Shown here: piece after piece, positions 29,726 to 37,392 of the stretch
Numbering within the stretch: the stretch's first letter is position 1
Layout of the letters: every line of letters begins with the position of its first letter
Notes under the pieces: model-generated
What the model saw: the letters and a program-made list of their open reading frames with translations, nothing else
Databases searched by the model: none
Told to the model about the DNA's origin: nothing
Virus record (IMG/VR): IMGVR_UViG_3300031669_000016
Location: 11,175 to 75,174 of that record
Source: a virus
DNA length: 64,000 nucleotides
Direction: 5' to 3' (one strand)
Position numbers and translations under genes: made by a program

Positions 29726-30037
29726 CTATTTCTTCATCAACCCTCGCTCTTCAAACAGTTTCTTGAGCTGGGTCCGCCACCAGCCCAACAGGCCATCCCG
29801 CAACAGCAGGGTGATGAGGCGGGCGACAACATAGGGGTGATGCGCCGCGATCCAGATCTGGTGCTGTAAGATCGGATAGGGTTCGGTGTCGTTGCTATGG
29901 GTTGCATCGACCTGGGCGGGGATGCAAACGCAGGCGTTGCAGACCATCGATTGCTTCGACCCATCAGGCCACGTTATCATAACGGTTACATAGCCTTCTT
30001 CTTCGAGTTGAACCGCTTTGAACTGGGACTCTGTCAT
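29726..30037 (-). CDS. Hypothetical protein, translationally coupled to the effector
   Basis: TAG-ATG junction with the effector gene. Confidence 0.6.
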   Translation of the reverse strand: MTESQFKAVQLEEEGYVTVMITWPDGSKQSMVCNACVCIPAQVDATHSNDTEPYPILQHQIWIAAHHPYVVARLITLLLRDGLLGWWRTQLKKLFEERGLMKK

Positions 30038-30693
30038 GCCTCATCTCCCACTACACATCGGCTCGCACCATCCACCTTACTAACCCCGATGATCTGAGCG
30101 CTTGACGGTGCGGAGTGATCCTCGTTTCCGGTGACGACAACGACCTGCATGCCGAGGTCTCTGGAGACACCTTCCAAGAAGTCTTCGATGACGGCGAGCG
30201 CACGCGCGCCGTGCACGTTGCGATAGGGTTCATCCAAGATGAGGACGCGGGGCAGGCGCAGGCGCAACACGAAGACGAGGCGCAACAGCACGGATTCGAC
30301 ATCGAGGACACCACCGCCATGGACCTCGGTGCCCCTACCCTCGATCCCATCGGCATCGACCGTTTCTAGATGGGCCTGGACCATGTTTCTGGATTGGTCG
30401 TACCGAAGTCGGAACTGCGCACCGGGACCGAGCAGGATACATAGTGCCTGGGTCAGGAGCGGCTCGATAATGTTCTTCAACCTATCCTGACTCAACGCGG
30501 CGGCTTGTTGAAGCAATGTTTGCGCCTTCAAGTACCAATCTGCTAGTGCTGTTTGCTCTGTGCGTGCGATTTGGTGCTGGCTTTCGGTCTGCTCAAGTAA
30601 GGCGCGGCGGCCTCGTGCCTGCTCGACCTGGCTGCGGCACCGACTCGCCCGTTGGATCAGGGTATTGAGGTCAACGACCGACAACGGTTTCAA
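30034..30693 (-). CDS. SbcC/Rad50-like ATPase, C-terminal half
   Basis: Coiled coil, HGGG signature, Walker B LILDEP, VVVVT. Confidence 0.8.
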   Translation of the reverse strand: MKPLSVVDLNTLIQRASRCRSQVEQARGRRALLEQTESQHQIARTEQTALADWYLKAQTLLQQAAALSQDRLKNIIEPLLTQALCILLGPGAQFRLRYDQSRNMVQAHLETVDADGIEGRGTEVHGGGVLDVESVLLRLVFVLRLRLPRVLILDEPYRNVHGARALAVIEDFLEGVSRDLGMQVVVVTGNEDHSAPSSAQIIGVSKVDGASRCVVGDEA

Positions 30694-30922
30694 CCTCCAA
30701 GAGTTGGCGTTGGAGTTCGGCCATTTGCGTGTCGAGCACGTTCTGGGCTTGGTCGCGATGCTCTGGCAACTTGTCGAGTGCGATACCGAGGCTCTGCTGA
30801 CACTCCGCGGCCTTGACGTGGTATTCAGCGTCGAGTCCTTGGATTTGAGCGGCGTACTGCGTCTGCTGAGTCTTCGCCCGCTCCAGAGCGGCTTTCTTTG
30901 CGCGATACGTGTCTACGTCCAC
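30671..30922 (-). CDS. Small coiled-coil protein
   Basis: GTG start after GGGGTGA; helical, Q/L/A-rich. Confidence 0.55.
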   Translation of the reverse strand: MDVDTYRAKKAALERAKTQQTQYAAQIQGLDAEYHVKAAECQQSLGIALDKLPEHRDQAQNVLDTQMAELQRQLLEVETVVGR

Positions 30923-30965
30923 GGAATCACCCCGTTTGCAGCGCTTGTAATGTGAGATTCTTGAC

Positions 30966-31193
30966 CTAGAACCCAAACCAGAGGGTAACAATCCTGTAGG
31001 CTCTGATTGGATCAACAGGAGAACATAGAACCAAACAATCATCTTTCCAGTTGATCCGAACACTGTTGAAACACCCAACCCAACCGCGTCCTTCAACTTT
31101 GATTGGGTGGTCCAAATCATCTTCTGACTTGGAGAACCTCAGATGCTCCGGATTACCATCCATATCCTGTACTTCTGCTGCTGTAAGGATCAT
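30966..31193 (-). CDS. Hypothetical protein
   Basis: 75 aa with RBS; lower GC than its flanks. Confidence 0.45.
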   Translation of the reverse strand: MILTAAEVQDMDGNPEHLRFSKSEDDLDHPIKVEGRGWVGCFNSVRINWKDDCLVLCSPVDPIRAYRIVTLWFGF

Positions 31194-31197
31194 CTTT

Positions 31198-32136
31198 TCA
31201 CCCCATTTGTAGTGTCTGCAATGCGAGATCGACGACTTCGCGTTCGACTTTGGCCTGCGCGGCCACGGTCTCTACGACTTGGACCACATCCATAGCAATG
31301 GTCTCGTCGGCCTCGATGGCTGCGAAATGATGGAGTAAGTCGCTGAACTGATCTGCTGTATAGCCAAGTGCTTCTGTTTCGTCGACCCAAACATCCGTTT
31401 TGAACGGGGGACACATCCACTCAACCGCAAGCGTTTCTAGATCAACGACGAGAAAAGTCGGTTTCCGCGTCATATCGCTTGGCGTGCGCGTCAGCCGTGC
31501 CAACGCACCGGGATTGATCGCCTGTCCCGTTTCGGTACGCTTATAAACGCCAGGATGGTAGTCGCCCAGCAGGAGGAGGGGAATATCGGGGAGATCCTGA
31601 ACGAGAACGTGGCCAAACGGTTTCGGCTTATCCACCACCATTTGGTGCGCGATCACGATGTCGGCCCGTCGTTGCCAGCCCTGAAGGGCTTCGGCGAGCT
31701 GTTCCTCGCCGCGATGACGGTAGTGCAGCGCGATAACACTACGACCCTCCAAATCGGTACGGTCCCTACCATTCCAACCGTTAGGAAGGACCCGGAAGAG
31801 GTCTCCCATCGCCTCGGCCAGAAGTCCGAGCATGCCTTCCCGGTATGTAGCGGCATTATGCCCGATGATGTCGTGTTGGCCCGGAATGACCCACCATGGA
31901 ATCGCGTACTTACGGATCAAAGCGGCGAGGCGCGTCCCCACGAGCGGTGGGGTTCGGCGTGGCGTATGGGTCAGATCACCACCACAGATCACAAGCCCAA
32001 TTCCATTCTGTTGACCCCAGGTTAGAATAGCTTCGACCTTGCGGAGCACTGCGTATAAGAAGCTGTCGTTACGGCCCACAGGCGATTCGGCCTGGAGGTG
32101 GAGGTCGGTGAGGTAGATGAAGCGCTGGATGCTCAT
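31198..32136 (-). CDS. SbcD/Mre11-like nuclease
   Basis: TDLHL, GGDL, PGQHD, AHQ, GDYH and NPGAL motifs. Confidence 0.88.
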   Translation of the reverse strand: MSIQRFIYLTDLHLQAESPVGRNDSFLYAVLRKVEAILTWGQQNGIGLVICGGDLTHTPRRTPPLVGTRLAALIRKYAIPWWVIPGQHDIIGHNAATYREGMLGLLAEAMGDLFRVLPNGWNGRDRTDLEGRSVIALHYRHRGEEQLAEALQGWQRRADIVIAHQMVVDKPKPFGHVLVQDLPDIPLLLLGDYHPGVYKRTETGQAINPGALARLTRTPSDMTRKPTFLVVDLETLAVEWMCPPFKTDVWVDETEALGYTADQFSDLLHHFAAIEADETIAMDVVQVVETVAAQAKVEREVVDLALQTLQMG

Positions 32137-33113
32137 TGTAAGGCCTCAAATGGGCGGCCACAGAGCGGACAGGCATCTACCGCGGCAAGTTCCTGGTCTA
32201 GTGCTTGAACCTCTGCCTCAGCGCTTTGTAGCGCGTGGTGGAGCCTTGTACGACGTTGCTGCCAGCCCAGATACCATTGCAGTGTCGTTCCCATCGCTTC
32301 GAGCCGCTGCGCAGTTATTCTGACACCCTCTAACCGTTGCGTAGTATCGTCTAGATCCAGGGCCAGTAGACGCTGGCCCACAGCCATGATTTGCTGTTTC
32401 CGCCGAGACCAGTCTGTGTACCAGTTCGTGAACTGCTCTACGGCTTGGAGCTGGCGTGTCGTATGGTTGATGAGCTGGAGCACGGCGTCAATAGACCCCA
32501 TGGTGTTATCAGCGAACGAGAGCCAGTTCAGCGCTGTAAGCTGCTCTCTGGTCGCTAAGAGTTGCTTATCCAACTCCTCGACTTGATGGCGTGCCCGTAA
32601 CGATTCGGTGTGGCATGTCCTGCCAGCCGCTTCCAAACGTTCCGCCTGGGTCAATATGCCGAGCTTGCGTTGGACCGCGGAGGGTGCATCGGCGAGTAGG
32701 AAGAGGGGGTCGTGCTGGAGCAGTAGGTTCACCGATTCGGGTTTGCCATCAAGTTCGACTTTGCGGAAACCGGTGGCGAGTTGGATCTCGTCAGGTACGT
32801 CCTTACCTATAGAGTCGAAGATGACGGGTTCACCTTCGGGACGTGTCAGTGTGTACCGATTCGTCTTGGTATCGCGCTCGCGGCAGACTGTGATGCCGTC
32901 TGCAAATGTGATGGTGACGGCGACATGACTAGTGCCGTTGCGGCAGAGAGATTGCCAGTTACCATCGCCGTAGAGACACCAACGTATGGCGCGGACAACA
33001 GCAGTCTTCCCACAGTTGGTCGGACCCCTCACGATGTTGAGGCCGGGCGCGAGTGTTAGGGCCGTGTCGGCGTGGGACTGGAAGTTCTTTAGTTCGATGC
33101 TGTGGATGGGTAT
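32133..33113 (-). CDS. SbcC/Rad50-like ATPase, N-terminal half (probable ATA start)
   Basis: In-frame extension IHSIELKNFQSH; Walker A GPTNCGKT; Q-loop QHDP; terminal zinc hook CPLCG. Confidence 0.85.
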   Translation of the reverse strand: MPIHSIELKNFQSHADTALTLAPGLNIVRGPTNCGKTAVVRAIRWCLYGDGNWQSLCRNGTSHVAVTITFADGITVCRERDTKTNRYTLTRPEGEPVIFDSIGKDVPDEIQLATGFRKVELDGKPESVNLLLQHDPLFLLADAPSAVQRKLGILTQAERLEAAGRTCHTESLRARHQVEELDKQLLATREQLTALNWLSFADNTMGSIDAVLQLINHTTRQLQAVEQFTNWYTDWSRRKQQIMAVGQRLLALDLDDTTQRLEGVRITAQRLEAMGTTLQWYLGWQQRRTRLHHALQSAEAEVQALDQELAAVDACPLCGRPFEALQ

Positions 33114-33704
33114 CTACTTCACCACCTGGATCAGACCTAATCCTCTCGATATTGGACCATGCGGAGTCGGCCCACAACCGCCGAGAAGTCGAACGGCATG
33201 GGGGAAGTGCAATGCTAACCACTCACTCTCTGCACAGACCGGAGAGTAGTTGGTGTCGTGAAGGCACATCAAACCTTTGTCACGCGTCCGCAACCACGCC
33301 GCACGGAAGATGCGCTCCAATCCGTCATAGCTGTGGTCCGCGTCGAGATAGGTGAAGTCGAAACGCTCCTTGCGCTGCTGGAACGCAGCGACAGCATCGC
33401 CCTGAACCAATTCGACACTGCCCAAAAGGCCAGCCGCTTCTAGGCGCGCACGTGTCTTATCGAGATAATCAGCGTTGTGGTCGATAGCGACGAGAACCCC
33501 ACCAGTCTGCTGGGCCGCCAGGGCAAGCCAGATCGTGGTGTGACCCAAATAGACACCGACTGCACAGATATGCCTGCTTTCCGTGGCGCGGGCCAACGCA
33601 TAGAGGGCTTGACCCATCCACGGCTCGGTGGCACTGAAACCGGTCAGCGCCTCCTCCGCGGCTTGTTTGAAGTGATTACTCGGATAGTTGAGTTCGGGGA
33701 TCAT
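33114..33704 (-). CDS. Class I SAM-dependent O-methyltransferase (Methyltransf_24-like)
   Basis: VGVYLGHTT, AIDH, YLDADHSY and HD motifs. Confidence 0.8.
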   Translation of the reverse strand: MIPELNYPSNHFKQAAEEALTGFSATEPWMGQALYALARATESRHICAVGVYLGHTTIWLALAAQQTGGVLVAIDHNADYLDKTRARLEAAGLLGSVELVQGDAVAAFQQRKERFDFTYLDADHSYDGLERIFRAAWLRTRDKGLMCLHDTNYSPVCAESEWLALHFPHAVRLLGGCGPTPHGPISRGLGLIQVVK

Positions 33705-34468
33705 GTCTTTCTCCCCAACTGCGATTCCAGTAGCTGTGCCGGCGAGTACTCGAACCGCGCCGATGTGATCTGTTGCGTCAACCACCGCACCGATACGTCG
33801 CGTTCGGCAGCGTAGTAGTCGGCGAAGTCTTTGTATGCTGGACAAGCCACATAGCTCGCCGCGATACCCACCGCTTCGAGCGGGTCGACAACCTTCCGCA
33901 CCGAATCGATATCGAGCTTGTCGTTATGCGCGATGTAAACAACCCGATCGGCGTAACGGACCAGTAGTGCGGCCTGCTCTTTGTGCAGTACTGATCCCAT
34001 CATGGCCACACCAAAGGGTGCACCCGCATCGGCGAGGGCGAGTACGTCGAAGTAGCTTTCGACAAGGATGATCGGACAGCGCCCGAAAGTGTGTGGCCGG
34101 TGCAGATTGTTGAGCAGGGCATTCCCATTCTCGCATAGCCCCCACAACACGAAGCGCTTGTCGAAGGGGAGATGCCAGAACTTCGGTTCTGATTCATCAA
34201 GCGCCCTGCCGGCCAATCCGACGAGTTGCCCTGATACATCGCGAATCGGGATGATCAACCGTTCAGCCAGCATGCGCCCCTCGGAGTGAAGGTTGGGTGG
34301 CATGGTTTGGGGACCAAGGCCGAACCCCCACTGCTGCCACGTCTCAAGCTGGAGTCCGCGACGGTCCAAGAACTGTCGTAGCTTAGAAGAACCGGCCGCT
34401 AGGTATGTGCAGAAGCGGCTACGGGACTGGTGCCAGAAGTCTTGCCACGGTTCAGACAGCGGCATCAT
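33701..34468 (-). CDS. DnaG-type primase catalytic/TOPRIM part, lacking the zinc-binding domain
   Basis: RLIIPIRD..G.LVGLAGR, PKF and LVESYFDV motifs. Confidence 0.85.
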   Translation of the reverse strand: MMPLSEPWQDFWHQSRSRFCTYLAAGSSKLRQFLDRRGLQLETWQQWGFGLGPQTMPPNLHSEGRMLAERLIIPIRDVSGQLVGLAGRALDESEPKFWHLPFDKRFVLWGLCENGNALLNNLHRPHTFGRCPIILVESYFDVLALADAGAPFGVAMMGSVLHKEQAALLVRYADRVVYIAHNDKLDIDSVRKVVDPLEAVGIAASYVACPAYKDFADYYAAERDVSVRWLTQQITSARFEYSPAQLLESQLGRKT

Positions 34469-35565
34469 AGCTTTACACCCTCCTCTGCAGCGGCGGCATA
34501 CATCGCCGTGGAAGGATCGCTTTTGACACGCCCCATTACCTCGTTGCGTATCCAATCAAGGAATGCTGGCTCGGCATCGCATCGGTCGTGGAGTGCCTGC
34601 TTCCCAACCGCTAACAACTGATCACCGCAGTAGTAGCGACCACCCGGTTTCATCTCGACGAAGTGATGCGACAGCGCCCAGTCGAATAGACTCGAACTCT
34701 CGTCCTGAATCCTGCCGTCAAAGTAGAATCGGATCTCGGGCGCGTCCTCACCGGTGCGGCGTAACGGTGGTGAAACCTTGCTCTTTACCAGTAACGCTTC
34801 AGCAACGGTACCGACGAGTATGTCGTTTTCTTGTATAGCGTCGACGCGTTGGAACATGAGTCGGACGCTTACGGCATGCCGCCATGCCCGCCCACCCGGA
34901 GTCCGTTCCAGGCCCTGTGCGGCACGCTTCAACTTTCCTGTGCGGGCTATCAATGGATTCGTATCGATCAGCTCGCGGACCTGATTGGTGACGATAACAG
35001 TCGCATTCGAGTAGTACGCCGCTTCTTGTAACGCCGGGATCTGGCGGGTCAGCACACCGGCAAGGCCGGCCACAATGCCGATATGACCCGGCAACTTGTC
35101 CGCGGTCGCATCCTCGAACTGGTGGCGCGGCTGTAAGAAGGCGAGGCTATCGATGGCGACGACATCGTACTTCTCAGCATTGAGGTCCTTCGTGATGGCC
35201 CAGAGCACATCCTCGGCTGGTCCGTTGGTCGGCCAGAGATCAAGCGCGGCACGATCCACACCGATACGGTCCATCCAGGCCTTTCCGAACTTGTCCATCA
35301 ACGTGTATTCCGTGTCGATATAGGCGCAGCGCAGACCGGCGTGCTGCGCGTTCGCCACGGTATGGAGCACAACCGCGCTCTTCCCACTTGACTCGCGCCC
35401 GAAGATCTCGGTGATGCGGCCGCGGCAGATACCTCCAACCGTCAGGATGCGGTAGTCCAAGTCGAAGTTGCCGGTCGGAATGACGGCCGGTCCCTTCAAC
35501 GGCTTCGGCTCGCGTTGGCGGGCGGGTGGGCCAAACGTCGTCGCTAGTTGTCCCGATTTGGTCAT
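34465..35565 (-). CDS. recA: RecA-like recombinase
   Basis: GRITEIFGRESSGKS, YIDTE, IDSL, NQVR, PGGRA and KSKVSPP motifs. Confidence 0.93.
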   Translation of the reverse strand: MTKSGQLATTFGPPARQREPKPLKGPAVIPTGNFDLDYRILTVGGICRGRITEIFGRESSGKSAVVLHTVANAQHAGLRCAYIDTEYTLMDKFGKAWMDRIGVDRAALDLWPTNGPAEDVLWAITKDLNAEKYDVVAIDSLAFLQPRHQFEDATADKLPGHIGIVAGLAGVLTRQIPALQEAAYYSNATVIVTNQVRELIDTNPLIARTGKLKRAAQGLERTPGGRAWRHAVSVRLMFQRVDAIQENDILVGTVAEALLVKSKVSPPLRRTGEDAPEIRFYFDGRIQDESSSLFDWALSHHFVEMKPGGRYYCGDQLLAVGKQALHDRCDAEPAFLDWIRNEVMGRVKSDPSTAMYAAAAEEGVKL

Positions 35566-35577
35566 ATGACCCCTAGA

Positions 35578-36540
35578 CTACTGGTCGCCCCATATTGCAG
35601 CTGGCGGCGGGGGCGGGATCGGCGCGCCTGTGGGTTGCGGTACCGCTGCCTGACCCGGCACGGGTGGTATCGGCGGTGTTGGCAACGGATTTGTTGGGGC
35701 CGCGCCTGGAGCCTCCATGGTGGGTACAACCTGTGGTGTCGCAACAGGCGGTGCCGACACCACGGGCTGTGCTAGAGGCGGTGTCGCAGTATTCGGTACA
35801 TCCACAGGTGGTGCAAACGTGGTCGGCAGGGTTGTGGGTGGTGCAAACGTTGCTGGGATCTGTTCTCCTACCGGAGGAAACAGACTGGTGGGAGGTGCAG
35901 ATGTGGTCGGATAGGCCGCCTCTGGCACGATCTCACCACCCAAATATTCGGCGACATCATCTGGACTAACCTGGGGCCAGAGATGTGCCGTAACCTCGGC
36001 CCACTGGCGCGTGATGATTTGTTGAAGCTCGGCGGGCAGTTGCGGATTCGGTACGGTTAGCGGTGTCAACTGCCGCTCGACCGGGAACTGCGCATTGGAG
36101 CCCTCAACCGCGCTGAGCAGGTAGTTGTAGCCGCGAGGATCACCTAGTTGAGGCGTCGCCATGTGCTGCAGTATCTGCTTGCACATACGGTCGTTGAGGT
36201 CGAAGATCATCAGCTCGTGGCGGTCGAAACACCACACAGCAACCACGCCGGTGATACCTCGATTCTTGCTGTGCAAGCTCTCACCATCGGGCAGGCGGAC
36301 GCGGCTGCACATACCGGGATAGTGCACCTCCAAGCAGGGCACGCGGTCGCCGCGCTTGCGTTCCCCCATCGGCGCGATGTAGTGGACCTCATAGGCCGGA
36401 ATGCCTTGTGTTGGCCCACCCGGCGTGCAATCGGATAGGATGCGGAGTTGAAGCCGTTCACCAAGCTGGAGACGCGGTATACGGAACTGGCCGGTGGGCC
36501 GCCGCATCCGCGGTTTCCATCCCTTCAGAGGCATTGTCAT
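35578..36540 (-). CDS. Putative ssDNA-binding protein with Pro/Thr-rich tail
   Basis: LRIL...HY...CL...DPRGYNY pattern; adjacent to RecA. Confidence 0.45.
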   Translation of the reverse strand: MTMPLKGWKPRMRRPTGQFRIPRLQLGERLQLRILSDCTPGGPTQGIPAYEVHYIAPMGERKRGDRVPCLEVHYPGMCSRVRLPDGESLHSKNRGITGVVAVWCFDRHELMIFDLNDRMCKQILQHMATPQLGDPRGYNYLLSAVEGSNAQFPVERQLTPLTVPNPQLPAELQQIITRQWAEVTAHLWPQVSPDDVAEYLGGEIVPEAAYPTTSAPPTSLFPPVGEQIPATFAPPTTLPTTFAPPVDVPNTATPPLAQPVVSAPPVATPQVVPTMEAPGAAPTNPLPTPPIPPVPGQAAVPQPTGAPIPPPPPAAIWGDQ

Positions 36541-36551
36541 CTTACTTCCTC

Positions 36552-37160
36552 CTACTCTGAATTGAGTGTGATTGATATGTCGCCGATGCGCAGCTCCATA
36601 TCCATGAAGGTGCCGCACCGCGACACCGTTTCCCACTGCCCCACGAGGCGTTCGAATCTACTCCGAACCAGGCGCTTGAACATCTCGGCGCGATCCCGCG
36701 CTTCGACAAGATCGGGATGGAGTGCTAAGGCTTCGGCCTTGGCCTGCCATTCCGTTGCCGTCATCGCTCGGCATTGCCAATCCACGACGATACGATTGCA
36801 CACACTATCTAAGACACGGTGGTGACGTATGGCAATATCGGCGAACTGCCCTAACCAATCCTTCCAGGCCTGAACGTGCCACAGCGTTTTGCGCAGAATG
36901 GATAGAGGTGCGTGGCCCGCGGGCAATCTAATGCTGCATTGCTGGATTTCGATTAGTGCTTGCTTGTAGTTGTAGCCTAAGGCCTGGTCCACGTCCGGGT
37001 CGGCGAGGGTCTTGGCGACGAAGGCATCGTGGGCCTCGTGCTCCTCGACCAAGTACTGGACCTGGAGTTGCAGCAGCTCGTCAACGGCGTTTGCATCGTC
37101 GAGCTGCTTCGGTGTGAGGCGTCGCAGGTATTGGAGCCTGGTTTTGTGTTCAGGAGTCAT
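36552..37160 (-). CDS. Hypothetical helical protein
   Basis: 202-aa ORF in the operon. Confidence 0.55.
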   Translation of the reverse strand: MTPEHKTRLQYLRRLTPKQLDDANAVDELLQLQVQYLVEEHEAHDAFVAKTLADPDVDQALGYNYKQALIEIQQCSIRLPAGHAPLSILRKTLWHVQAWKDWLGQFADIAIRHHRVLDSVCNRIVVDWQCRAMTATEWQAKAEALALHPDLVEARDRAEMFKRLVRSRFERLVGQWETVSRCGTFMDMELRIGDISITLNSE

Positions 37161-37170
37161 GTTGTATGTC

Positions 37171-37389
37171 TTACGCCTCTACTGTCGGCGGTACGAATAT
37201 GCCAGCCTCTTCGACCTCGACGTAGGACTCACCATCTGGATCGCAGAGACGGACAACAACCCCTATGGTTGGGAACATAACGACGTCTAGATGCTCCTTC
37301 TTCACCGCGTCGATAAGGGCGCGTTCGGCGAGATAGAACTCTGCCTGCGCCTTCAGATAACAGTCAACCAGTTCATCCATGCTTCTCAC
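37171..37389 (-). CDS. Hypothetical protein
   Basis: Small ORF with GAGGTGA RBS. Confidence 0.5.
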   Translation of the reverse strand: MRSMDELVDCYLKAQAEFYLAERALIDAVKKEHLDVVMFPTIGVVVRLCDPDGESYVEVEEAGIFVPPTVEA

Positions 37390-37392
37390 CTC

